This document shows positions 25,480 to 38,921 of a DNA stretch of 64,000 nucleotides, piece after piece (the first letter of the stretch is position 1; every line of letters starts with the position of its first letter). The notes under the pieces are model-generated. The model was not told the origin of the DNA, searched no databases, and worked only from the letters and a program-made list of their open reading frames with translations. Origin of the DNA: Mytilus trossulus (Eukaryota); NCBI RefSeq assembly GCF_036588685.1, contig NC_086380.1, positions 32,674,001 through 32,738,000 on the forward strand, written 5' to 3'. The position numbers were made by a program, and so were the translations under genes.

Positions 25480-26220
25480 TTAATTATTTTTTTTATATAT
25501 AAAACTGATATCTTAAAGTTCACAGCAAGGTATTCTCTAACCGTAGCATAGACGTTTATTTGCAAAGATAATTTCTCTGATGGGATGAGTTTTTTTTTGT
25601 TTTTAATAAAAGAATACTTCGCCTAGTTCATCATTTAAATAAATATGTTAAAAGTTAGGACACAACGTGTTACCCTGTCTTAGTACGCATCTGTTTTTAT
25701 TTTGCTTTCGGTTATTATATATGTTTTGTTGTGACAAGTTGATCTAAACAAAAAATATAATTAAACGATTACAAAATGTGTTATATTTAATTTGTTCTTA
25801 ATAAAATATAGAATATTTCTTATATTTTTTGAATCAAATAAGAGAATGTTTTTTGTTAGTGCTGAATTCTTTATAAAACTGAGATTCGGAAGTCCACAGC
25901 AAGATGGTCTCTAATCGTAGCATGGATGTTTTATTTGCAAAGATAATGTCTTTCATGAGATAAGTTAAGTTAATGATTTTAAGATAGAAGAAACCTTTGC
26001 GTAGTTCATCTCTAAATGTCAATTAAAATGTGTTAAAAGTTAGGACATAATGGGTCGCCCTGTCTCATTACATATCTATTCTATCTTACTTTAGGTTATT
26101 ATTTATTTGTTGTTGTGACAACTTGATCTAAATACAAAACATATAATGAAACGATTTCAGAATTTTTCATACTTGATGTTAACGTTAGAGAATTTCCTAT
26201 ATTTTTGTTCGTCTTTTTAT
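25480..26220. repeat. Diverged tandem duplication, ~374-bp period
   Basis: cacagcaag..ctctaa..cgtagcat, tttatttgcaaagataat, gttaaaagttaggaca and gttgtgacaa.ttgatctaaa occur twice in the same order. Confidence 0.85.
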
Positions 26221-26331
26221 TTTATAATTTTTCTGATTTTATGGGTAGTTTTCGTTTGATAATTTATATATTGATTTGAATAATTAAACATAAAAAATAA
26301 TCTTAAAATTTTGTGAAAAAGGAATACTCAC

Positions 26332-26400
26332 CCAGTTTGATTTGCTTTACATCCACGAATGTGACCTGCTATCTGTATTGAGCCGTTGGAAAAGAAGACT
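26332..26400 (-). other. Candidate non-coding first exon of the Pif/LamG3-like gene
   Basis: Strong donor TGG|GTGAGT at 26331. The coding exon has an acceptor (TTGTAG at 23354-23359) 8 nt before the ATG, so an upstream exon is needed. The 5' boundary is a guess. Confidence 0.4.
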
Positions 26401-29400
26401 ATGTCACTAAGTAATTGACAAATCGTACCCTGGAATGATGACCTTATGTAAACAGACAAACACAAAACTTGTGTCAATTAATGCATTAGCGTGCGCTAGT
26501 TGACATAAATTTGACGGCTTCATGATGACATTTTAATTATATTAAAAAAAAATAATTAAAACACGACATCGCTTCAAATTAATTCTCATTTAAAAATATG
26601 ATTACGAGGTTAGCATGCATATAATTATAGAATTATTTGTGGTTTATATTTACCATACTTTGTCACTGCCAGTTTAAGAGCAAATTAACAACTCTTTATT
26701 GTCTCTGAACTAAACATTAACAATTGCACATTTCCTTAAGAGGAAATAATGGAGACTTTACTCAATGAAAACATATATTTCTTTGATAAATGTTGCATCA
26801 TGCATGATTTAGTTGCTACGTTGCAGACCATTGCTGGTTTCGTCTGTTTTCTGCCCTTTGGTCTGACTGTTGGTTCTTTGACATACTCCCCATTTCCATT
26901 CTCAATTTAATGTTTAGAGTATACATAAGAAAATATATATTCATATATAACGATAGGATCATTTAAGAACAAAATATGATGGAGATGAAGTTGCAAATAA
27001 AATCTTTTCAAGCTTTGACAATTGATAGATAAATATAACAAATAATATAACAAAAAAATATAATACTATTAAATGAGTGCAAAAAGTGTTTAATCTGGGG
27101 GAAACAACCTCTAGAAAAAAATTATAAAATATTTTAATATAAACCATGCAAACTACTGTGCATTGTAAACAACTCATATGATTCATTTGAAAACACATGC
27201 ATAATTAATTAGTGGTAATTAGGTTGATTATTACTAACCGTGCAGACAATTTAATTGTCATATTTCATTCAAGATATGTATATGCTTCTAAAAATATCAA
27301 AATTTAAATGAGAATTAATTCATTTAATTTTAATCAGGTCAAATGCCTCTGTCAATATGTCCTAATTTTGGTGAGCACGAACGTATCTGACTAGAAACAG
27401 CTCATCGTTTTGAATGGGCTTATTATTCAAAATACCTCAACTTCATTTCCGTTCAACGCATACAATGTTTTAGTGATGACGGTTACGGCTGTGACGTGAC
27501 TATAGTCACACTGTAACAAGCTCCTCCATTGGTGCGCTCTACAAGCAATATTCATGAGCATATTTGATTTACGAAGAGGTTTACAATACATATAGGATAG
27601 AACAAAGACACGAGGAATACCAAGTCCTTAAAACGCTGTCTTTTTACTACTTCATGTTTTTTGAAGATTTCAATGAAACGTAGGTATAGTTGCAGAGCAT
27701 TGCATTTAGAAATTCTGACCTTTAGAAATAAAAATTAATAGCAAATTTTGTGATTTCTTGTATAAAATTATCTTTATAAAAATATTTTATCACCAAAACA
27801 AAATATAAATTATTGGAACGGCAGTATAAATTGAAAAAAGGACGATATTAGTGTGAAAAATTAAGTATGCTTGAAAAAATGGAACGGCACAATATTACCG
27901 CAACGTTTTGCTGGACAGGTACACTTTCCTTTTTGGGAAACTTCTGAATTTTTCCCAATCCTGTGTTTAGAAATCTATTCTGCAAGACGGAATGATTTTT
28001 TTTACACAGTCCCATTTTGTTCCTCATGCCTTCTGCACGTTTTCATATTTGTTCTTCCCCAATTTTCCCCAATCTTGTTTTTTTCCCCAAATTTGTTCTT
28101 TAAGACAGAATGACTTCCATTTTTTTACACACCCGAACTTTGCTCTTCGTACATTTCTGCACGTTTTGCGAAGTATATAAGTATTGTTATTTAAATGATA
28201 AATAAGTTTTTAATTGTTTGCCTTATTACAAAAGCAAGGGTCAATCAGGAACTATAAAACATGCCACTTGCAGTAAGTGGTTATCCTCCCGAACCACACA
28301 AGTTCATCCCAGTGTATGTGTATTTCTTCATTTTTCTCAAACCTTTTTGTTTCTTCGTCTTTGTTTCTTCCCTTTTTCCCACTCATTTGTGAATTAATGT
28401 GCAAGTGTTCTGTCACTTGTGGACTTTTTTCTCTATTTAAATTTTTCGAAATTGTTTTGATGAGTTATTCTACAATTTTTAAAATCGCAACATACATTGT
28501 TTTCGCAACATACATTGATTTCACACCGATCATTCATTTTTTGTTAAGATTTTGTTAAGGCAAAGCTTCTTTTCTTGGGATAAAATATTGCAAAAAAATG
28601 AAACACAATATTCAACTATTTATTACTTTGGAAACTACAGACTAACTGTAACATATTTGATTGATTCTTTGCTACGATAAAAATTCGAACTAACGACTTT
28701 TTACTTTCCTTTTCAACATTTAGAATCTAATAAAACATTTAAAAAGCATTGCCCCTCCACCACAAAGATGCACGGTTCTTTTCCATTCAGAATAATATGA
28801 TATATGACTAGGAACAAATGAAAAATCATGAGAGAATTCGAAAACAATTTTTCATTCAACTGTTTTCAAATTATCATACATTTTCATTTGTACCTGGCCA
28901 TACATCATATTCTGAATGGATAAGTCATATTGAAGGATTTTTTATTCATTGCATAAATATGTCAATATTGACAATTTATACTTTTATGAGCGGTTTCAAT
29001 GATTACAAATCTGAATGAAATCTTCGAAAACGTACATATGAGAATAAATAGCTTTGACTTTTATTTGGAAACTCAATATAGTGATAAGAGGGGTTCTAAT
29101 CAAGAATTCATGAGAAAAAAAACGCAAATTGCTTGTCTGTAAATAAAGTGTTTAATCCCGCATGCAAATTGCAGAAAAATGTCTTGGGACCTCTCTCAAT
29201 ACTTATATTCTTGTGTAATTCCGGCGTCCCGCCTCGCGTATAGTACCGACGTACGCCGGACGTTGTCAACAACCATGTACACTGCCAATACGATAGTAAT
29301 TTTGGACGCATTCAACTTGTCAATCATATCTGCACAACGCGTGTTCAGGGCATATATAAAGAGCATACATAAGTGTGTTTCAGGCGTTCAAGTAACGTAT

Positions 29401-32400
29401 GTTTGCATACTAGTGTGTCTGGCGTTTGTCTAACGTAGATGAAATGCACGCTACGAATGGAAAACGTCCCTTGAATGATCGTATTTGAGACACGTCTCGC
29501 TCGTACCTTATTATTTATCAGTGCTTTTGGCGGGTCTTGGACATGCGATAATGGGGCTGTTTCATCGAACTAGTACATATTTATTTAGGGGTCTACTGAG
29601 GTCAACCTTCGGTTAGGGAATTTTCTCGCTGCATTGAAGACCCATTGGTGGATTTTGGTGGTTATCTACTCTTTGGTCGAATTGTTTTCCCTGTGACATA
29701 TTACTCATTTCCATTCTCAATTCAATTGTTTTGACTACTTCTGAATACACATGGTTTTGTATAATCACGGACATCTACTATATAAATGTCAGAGCAAGTT
29801 TCGTTGAAAGTCAAAATATGTTTTCGATACGCCACGGGTATGTTTTAAACTTTCACAGAGTGCTGAAACTACGTCAGGCGTTTGTTACATACACGTCCCG
29901 CATACGTCAACACAAATGTCCAAATAAAAATTGAACGATATTGAGGCGAATACAATATGCCCTAAATGTGTGATTCATACTATATGTCGTGTTGTCCAAG
30001 TGTGGTATATGCTTGATAAACGCTCTACTTTTAGCTGTTTAAAAGTTTCATGGAGTTCAAGCGGTCACCAAGCGTATACATTTGCATTTCAACGCGAGTC
30101 TTAAGATTGCTTAGCGTTCCTCTTGCGTGCATCTAACATATACGGACCCAGTCAATTTCCCTGTACGTCTCGTGCACGTCAGTCTATACGCCAGTGCGTG
30201 AGTCTAACGCCGGCAGGAGTGAAACAACTTAATTGCATAACAATACCGACGCGTGTTCAGTCGATTATCAGTAAGTAGTTTCCCGAAACCAGTGACTGTA
30301 TATAAATAAGATTTGACTGGATACTTGGTTTCTGACAAAGTTTGACATTATTTCCCGTATACCTGATTTATCCTTTCTAATTTATTTTACAAAGTAGAAG
30401 TTTTGAAGTTACGTGTTATTTTATCCGTATTTTTAAAGTTGGCTTTTACCGCCTTTTTTTTTTGTTCTTCAATCAAAGTATTTTTCTGGACAAGTGTGCA
30501 AATGTGGATTATATTTTAATGAATGTCAAGTTACCTGACATGTAGATAGTAAGCTATGCATTGGATGTAACATGCACTTCTTAGTACGACAGTTTTCAAC
30601 CCACGTGTGTAAATCCGGAAATCTGTCACGAGTGTTTTTTTCGCCACTTACTATGTGAACGCATTTGACCTTTTTTTTTTTTTTTTTTTGCTTTTCATTG
30701 TTTGTGTTAAATGTTTACCTATCGAACCTGATGAAGGTTAATTTAGAAGTATGTGATGTGAACAAGGAATTCGTTTTATGCACTTTCCCCTCGACGATTT
30801 TCAACCTATAACCTTGAACTTTCTAGAATGTTAGTACATACATTCAAAATATGCATCCTATGTTGTGTATACATCATATTTACATTGTTTTTACGTCTGT
30901 CAACACGTAGTCAGTATAAAAAAGAAGATGCGGTATGATAGCCAATGAGAAATCTCTCCACAAGAGACAGTTTGTGAGTAGCATTTTCGATATATAGTTG
31001 GTGCCCGTTATATGCAATCAACACCACCTTCAGCTAAATTTTTAGAATGTTCGTGTATATGAGACGTTAAATATGTACACATTTGAAAAAAAAAGGCAGA
31101 TTTTGAAAATTTTACGTGACGTTTGCTTCTAGACTATGTATCTTTACAAATTGTCTAGAAGACTGTTTAGGATTGATATTATGAAATTTTCTTATTTGTA
31201 CGAACTTAAAACCAAGCTTAATCATGATAAATGTCGGTCGTTTTGCGTCACGGCCAATACATGAGTTTTGTGTTGGTAATAAAAAATAACTCGATGGTAT
31301 GGTTTGCTTGCCAAATGAGACAACTCTCTTCAAGAGACAAAATGATACAGAAAGTAACAACATGCAGTCGCCGTACGACCTTCAACAATGAACAAAACAA
31401 TATTTTATAATAGTCTATTTGTCAATTATCGATATGTTTCTGTTAACTCATTTTTAACACAAGTTCTTTCCAATTACTAAATAACAATGGGTTTTTAACC
31501 ACACAAAACTAGCTGCTGTCCATTCATGAAAAGACGTTGTAAGTGATTTTTAAGCGTTTCAACAAATAAAAAACAAAATGAAAAAAAAACCAAAAAACTG
31601 ATATCCAAGATTTTATTTCAACAAAAGAGTATTTCTTATTTCTATTAACAGTTATGAATAACAAACAAGCATAACGAACAGAAAAATGTGCTCTTTACGT
31701 TTACTTTGCTATTCCTATCGATGAAAATTTATATCACCTCTAAAGGGAGAAGACTTCATAAGTATGATTTACTTGTGTCTAATCCATTTTGCTTTAATTC
31801 AGCAAATAAAATATGTTTAAACTAAGGGAAACAGCTCTTTTATTATAGCTTTAATGACAGAATTGGCAATTAGACTGTAACCTAGTTCCTCCTGGACGTT
31901 TAAAGTCAGAACCATCCAATTTTCTAGAAAGTTACACTATACCATGAAGAAACCGATACATTCAAGATGGGTACCCTACTTTGTGTACACAATTACAAAA
32001 GTTTGGCTGATTTCGCATATTGTTCAGTTGCATTGTCAATGGAGGTTATTATCTAATCAATTCCTACGGAAGTTTACAAATCTAAACCAGCGAATGTCTA
32101 GAATACAATTCAAAGGAGATGCGGTCGAGACATCATCGGACAAAAACCCATCGAAAAACATTACTAACTTGTAAAACTTGTGTCGGCTCCATTTGACTGT
32201 CATGTCGAGGTTTTAAGATTTTCACTCACTCAGGTAAAGTTGACTTTTGATGCATTGTTCATTTTACTCTAAAAATGTTTCGGTTCTTATGTATCGTTGT
32301 CTTTTTAATATTTGGCTTTGAGCGTTCTTGGTGAAGGTAAATCATGATAAGGGCGTCCAACGCCTAAAATTTATGACGTATTGTTTTCATTTTTTGAACG

Positions 32401-33751
32401 AAAAAAAATGTTTTAACTATACAAAAATATCCGAAGATATCTAAAACGGTTTACATATAATCATAAACAATAAAGAGGTGATTCTTACATGTATATTATG
32501 AGTATTTCAGATTTTCCAGAAACTGAAAAGGAAAGGTTATTCGAAACAATGAAAGTCATTTAACAAGAACAACAACGAAGGACGGTCGCCATCTTGTGTA
32601 ATCAACGTTTTTATTTCAGCAAAGTCGTTAAACTTTCTACAAGGTGGAAATCAATTTTGCAATAAATTCGTCTTTCATTTTCGACCTTTAGCTTCTAATC
32701 TTTGTAAAACAATACATGCTTTATTTTATTCAGACACAAATATGACCTATAATTGCTAATTTCCATGTTGTTTGGTCTCCTGTGTAGATTTGCCTAATTG
32801 GAAATCAAACCACATCTTCTTATTAATTTCACAAGAGGTCAATACATACAAATTATACAGAATAGACAGCAAAGGTTATCGTATAATAACACGTGATTTT
32901 CATGACAAAGAAATATACAATTTATTGATTACTTGTTTGTAAGGAGAAGAAATATCATAAGTAAATGTAAGTACCTATATGCGTAAATATCTTATATTTT
33001 AAAACAAATGATTAAGTTTTCTCAGCAAAGTGCATATTTTTAACAGTGTAGTAATACGAAAGTACACCAATCAATGTTCTGTCTTGAGAGATAATGTGGC
33101 TGTTGCCTTTTGTGTCAATTCTCTGTCATATGGTATTTATAAAAATGAGATCGAGAAAGGGTAAGATAAAGTTGTCAAGCATTGCGATCGGATCTTGAAA
33201 GATCTGGTATCGGATGGTGAGTGCAATTTTATACAATTCAATTGCAAAATCTGGGGAAATATCTGTTTTATTATTTAAAGTATGAAGAATTCAGAACAAA
33301 GAAACATGTCTGTCGAAATGGCTCTACTTTCTTCAAAATACTGTGCATTAAGAAAAAAAACAGTACTATTTTTTCTTGTGCAAAAACTCACATTTTACCA
33401 CAAATTGGATAACGATAATGACTTAAACGATGGCTTAATAAAGATAAGTACTTTCGTTCTAGTCCTTCAAAAGATAGAATTTTCTTTTAATTTGGAATTT
33501 GTCCTTTTAAATTATTTAAAACCAAATTTTTATCTAAAATTTTACATTGGGCATCAATATGAAATTTTATATTATGCCTTAACATATATTGCTGTTAAAA
33601 TTAAGATCAAATTGATAATTTGCTAATTTTTAAATAGAATTAATTAAGGTTTTTACCCCATTTCCCCCTAATTTTCACATGCTTAAAAATTTAACTCCCC
33701 AGATTCAATCATTTTCCTTTCAAATTTTAGCTCAAAATATATTTGCCAGTA

Positions 33752-34198
33752 GGTCCGAGAACACAATTAATTCGTAGTGCATTTCTTTTAGAACATAAAT
33801 GAAAATAAAAAAAATCCCACCTGCGCTTTCTCAAAGAAAATTTTACAGTGTGTTGTACTACTTTTGGGACCAATTATGTCAAATTTATAGAAAACTTCAT
33901 CGCCTCTAACTCAAAATATGGACAATTTTGTGTTTAGGGCGTCTTGAAATCTTTAGACAGCTTCCGAAGTGCTCATTTTCAACCTTTTTCAGCTGGACCA
34001 AATCACTACTTTCCTTTAAAATTCTGGACCCAAATTTTTTTACAGTGTAATTTCATCCCCCTACTTGCAATTTGAGGCATTGAACATGGAGAAATAAATT
34101 TGGAAGGGGTATAAAAATTAATGGCAAGTAACCCACTGTCAACACTAGGGACTATATTTGTGACGAAAATCAAGGGACGACAATGGTGGTCTCGGACC
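33752..34198. mobile_element. Non-autonomous DNA transposon with 4-bp TSD (AGTA)
   Basis: agta|ggtccgagaacac...gtggtctcggacc|agta. Confidence 0.75.
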
Positions 34199-37188
34199 AG
34201 TAGTTTGCAGGTACATTTGATTTTTTTATTTGAATGAAACAGGAACCTAGTTAGGGTGTGTCGTTGGCCGAAAATCAATGCTTTTGGTAGAAAAATAATT
34301 TAGAGAGGAAATGAGTCTTTGAAGCTAAGGTATACAGCCACATAAATATTTTAAATTATTTTTTAAGTTAAAAAATTGTAAGCTATTCAAGATGACGAAT
34401 TAGATCTTTTTTGAATTTCTAAATTTATGGATATGGATAATAAACCGAATATTGCTAATAACAAAAAAATATTGATTCCAAAATCCTCCCCAAAAACACA
34501 GACATATTCCACAAAAGACATATTTAATAAACATACGAAGAGGGATTTATTTTAAAAATTAAGACAACTACTTTTTATTTGATTGAGAAGTTTTGTTCAT
34601 AACATCTACATTTTGTACATACAAATACATGTAAATGTTTGTTTCTGAAACGTACTTTTCATTGTCAGTCAAAAGCTTACCCCGTTTTGACCCCATTTGT
34701 TATTACAGCAATGGAAGTCATGTGACTACCATATTTGGGCAGTTTTAGGGTTACTTTTTGTTCAACAAAATGAGTCCATTTCATAGAAAAGTCATATCAA
34801 ATGGAATCAAAGCATGATATACATTAAGTACAAGAAAACTGCGTATATACGTTTTAGAAGTTCTAACATAGATTTTTTTTTTGATTAAACGGCGTGCTGA
34901 AATATTATACGAAGCTTTCCCGACCTCTTCACATGTTGCGGCTATTTTTACCAATTAGGAAGTCGAAATTTCTTTCTTCACTCAAGAAAATATATGCTAT
35001 GTAATTTTTTTATTTTCCTCATTTTCCTCTTGGGTATGTTTTTCACACGCATTTTCCCGACTTTTTTCTTGTCCAATAGTGTGCTACCCTCCCAGTAGTC
35101 GCTGTGTCGGCATTGACCATGATTTTGTTATGTACTTTTTAATGAATTTTCAGCTGATAAAGTTGTAAAATATTTGTAAATTATATTCAAACGGGCTAAT
35201 TATTGTTACTTTTTTGTTTTTGATTCTAGTGTTTATTTTTTTCCCTTTTGAAACAATACTCACAATTGATCCCAACCGACCTACTGACCTAAGATGGTAA
35301 CTTGTCATGTAATTATTTTTAACATGACATACCTCTGACCATACGTAATGAAGGTATATCAATACATGCAAATCGAACTCGAAAAAAAAATACGTTATGT
35401 TTTGTTTTCATTGATTGCTAATGGTTCTATTTAACTATATCTAGGTCAAAATTTGAAAAAAAAGTCGACTAGTTCGCTTACGTAGGACTTCAGCATTGCG
35501 TCGTTTAAACACAATAATTGGATGCTCTTTCATATTTAATGTTTCGAAAATGAACTGATACATATATTTTGTTTTTGGACAAGGTCATGTTTTTCCATGA
35601 CTGTAAGTCGCGTCTTTATACAGCATCTATTGAATGTTGGATATGTACTGATTGATATTTTATACTTAGAAATATATTTTTTTTATTAGTTGTTATTGGT
35701 CTTGCGCTAGCTGTTAATAACTGCGAGTAATTTCAGATATGCATATAGTGTCTTTTTGTTGTTGTTGTTGATTTAGGGATGTATAAGTACCATGACACGT
35801 TCGGTCTTTGTTTTTGTAAATTGTTTTTCTGCTTTGTATCGATCCAATGAGTTGCGCCCTTTTTAACTGACTGATAGATGATCATAGTTATAGTTCGGTA
35901 CTATAATACCACCGTTGCAGGATTGGGGAGGGTTAGGCTCCTGCATATATGTTCCTGTACCAAGTCGTGTAATACAGTAGTCGTTTATGACTGTATATCA
36001 TATTTGTATTTCGTTCATTGTTTTTACATGAACAAGCCGTTAGTTTTCTCGTTTAAATTGTTTAACATTTACCATTTTGAGGCCTTTCATTACTGACTAT
36101 ACGGTATCATGATTTGTTTTTTATTATTGAAGGCCGTACGGGTGACCCATAGTTGTAAACTTCATTGTCATTTGGTCTGTCTAGTGGAGAGATTTCTTAT
36201 TGGCAATCATAACACATCTTCTTATTTTTTATATATACATATATAAAACATAACTATAAGTGAACTGTTGTAAAAATGAAAATAATTCACGAGGTGCATT
36301 TTTACTCAAAAACGATGAAAAAAAAAATAAACTGAGAAATTTAAAAAAAAGTTCAAACAAAATGTATGTTGCTAAACTCTTAATACTTTTAGTATAATAC
36401 AAAATATTGATAAAATTATAAGATTTTGTTTTCATATAATGTGCTTTGTTTCATTTAGAATATAGTGTGGCCATTGACTTACATTTTAAAATGCATTCCG
36501 TTATTCGCAGTATTCATATTTTTTTATCCTTCTTCCGGTCCAAAGATTACTTTCAATCTAGATTCCGTTTACTTGTTAATTCTAAAGCCAATTCTGTTTA
36601 TTCAATCAATCAGGGCCGATTCAAGGATCAAAATTAAGGGGTGTGTAATGGTCCGAAATCTTTTAAAATCAAGTCAAAAATGTGTTATGTGCGATCAAAA
36701 AGGCGTTCACCTTCTACGCGCCCCTGTGATCGCCATTGATACATTTTTATTTGGTACAAAAAGGTGAAATTGGAAGTAAAATGTTAAATCCCAACAAAAT
36801 TTGTTTTGAACATAATAGAAACTATATTAAGCGAATTGTTTAATCATCAAATTAAATCCAATTCTTGTAAAGACAATAGTTTTGACATTCTATGGTAATT
36901 CCGTTTAAATTTTAAAAGTCATTTACATATTACTGATGTCAATCGAGTCTTTTACTATCCTTTACAAACAATTCATGCAATAGAGGTCAACATTTAAAAC
37001 ACAACGACGTTTACTAAACATCATATGCCTTCATGCATAGCATAAAAGTAACGTTTAACTTTATAAAACATAAGTTTTAGCGGCAAGTTCCGTGAATTGT
37101 TCAGTTTCACAATACAAATTTGTTTATTTGATTCTCTAATAAATTAGACAGTTATTGCACGCACACTAAGAGACAGGGTAGCAGCACA

Positions 37189-38160
37189 CTACTGTAATTT
37201 TACAAATTTAGATAATGTACTTATAAGCTTTCCTAAGCTGGCACGAATGGAATTGAAAGTTGACATCATTTGATTCATAGAGTTACTAAATCTTGCCATA
37301 ATTCCTATTTTTTGTTGTTGTGTATAACTTGCTTGTTGTTCTTGGTTCTGCGGTTGTTGTGATTGTGGCTGTTGTTTAGATTGTGGTTGTCTTTGATTTG
37401 GTTGCTGATTACCATTCTGCATCTGCATTTGATATTGTCTATGCATTTGTTGTTGCATTTGTTGGTGACGCATTGCATTTTGTTGAAATTGTTGATCATG
37501 TGGTCCATTTCCATGGCCGCCATTTGGTACTTGACCTGGTGCTGATATGGCTGCTCCACTTCCGTGTCCCTGTTTCATTTTCTGCCAAGCAGCATTCATT
37601 TTTGTAGGAGCTTTCGTAGTGATAGGATGTTCTGGTGCTTCATATTCCACAGCAGGTGCTTTCGTTGTCGGTTGCTGTCCTGGCTGTTGGCCACCTGGAG
37701 CTCCAGGTTGTGGTGCTCCCATACCTCCCATCATTCCGTTACCCATCATACCCGGATACATTGGGTAATTACCTGCCATCATACCCTGTCCTCCCATCAT
37801 CCCTCCACCACCGCCCATCATTCCAGTACCGTGACCCATCATACCTTGACCTCCCATTCCGTGTCCTCCCATCATTGCGCCACCTCCCCCCATCATACTT
37901 TGCGGTATCGGTGGTGGTTGTGTATTGAATCCACCTCCCATAGCAGCGGCGAATTCTGGGGGAACTGGACCGAAACCTTGTCCTCCGAAACCCATCCCGC
38001 CTCCTCCTCCCATTCCACCCGCTTGTGGATTCCAGGTGCCTCCTGCTCCACCTTCAGCTGCACCAGCACCTCCTGCTCCACCTCCACCATTCCACATTCC
38101 TCCCATCTGCTGACATAAACATGTCGGTAACAACAAACTTGCTAATGTAAGCGCTAACAT
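37189..38160 (-). CDS. Secreted Gly/Met-rich, Gln-rich low-complexity protein, 323 aa (candidate shell/extracellular matrix protein)
   Basis: GC-rich ORF in AT-rich DNA; signal peptide MLALTLASLLLPTCLC; GGG/MMGG repeats, then P/T linker, Q-rich block and a possibly amphipathic C-terminus. Acceptor TAG at 38168-38170 just before the ATG; AATAAA at 37123-37128 after the stop. Confidence 0.85.
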   Translation of the reverse strand: MLALTLASLLLPTCLCQQMGGMWNGGGGAGGAGAAEGGAGGTWNPQAGGMGGGGGMGFGGQGFGPVPPEFAAAMGGGFNTQPPPIPQSMMGGGGAMMGGHGMGGQGMMGHGTGMMGGGGGMMGGQGMMAGNYPMYPGMMGNGMMGGMGAPQPGAPGGQQPGQQPTTKAPAVEYEAPEHPITTKAPTKMNAAWQKMKQGHGSGAAISAPGQVPNGGHGNGPHDQQFQQNAMRHQQMQQQMHRQYQMQMQNGNQQPNQRQPQSKQQPQSQQPQNQEQQASYTQQQKIGIMARFSNSMNQMMSTFNSIRASLGKLISTLSKFVKLQ

Positions 38161-38921
38161 TCTGTTCCTAGTTGGTGAAAATGAAATGTATATTTAATTA
38201 GATTAAAACTCTGTCACTACATGAAAAGATACAGTAAAATTCATAACCCATCAAATAAAAATATAAAATAGTTTAAAAACGTTTAGGGATTTCAACAAAA
38301 TATGTGTACATGTATATGTGGTCAATTTGATTAAAAATTATAAAAAATGAAGCATCGGTGGTCTAAGTATTTTATTTACAGTGACCACAAAGGTTGTGAG
38401 TTAGATTAAATGTCGGTGGTCCTCTCCGAGTAATATGGCTTCCCCCATAAATAAAAACATGGCCGCCATGGTATGAACAAGTCTTTTTTAGAGGACTGAA
38501 ACTTGCGTTAAGTAGGCTCGCGATACGATTATAATATGTTTGAAAAACAACTGACATCTGTAAGGCTACCCATCTGGATTCACCAAACCTCGATAGTATG
38601 TTTTTAAATGAATAATTATTTACTATATTAAGAGGTAAATGTGGAATATACTGAAATAAGACAGCAATCCAACAGAAATAATTAACAGACATTCAAACTT
38701 GTAATATTCTATAAAGATTATCATATTTTAACATAATCCAAAGGTATTACTATTTGTCAATTTTTATCCATAATCCATGTTGGGCCATAACCAACATATA
38801 AGGACATAAAACGCCTTTCAAATCACCATGATTTTGTAACGTCTATATACATGTATGCTGATATCTTATACAATGTTGAAAATTTGTATAATTTGTTAAA
38901 TTGGATTCAAGTTTTACCTAC

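Noticed and set aside
37305-38118. Overlapping His-rich and Pro-rich ORFs
   Set aside because: Shadows of the Gly/Met/Gln-rich gene.
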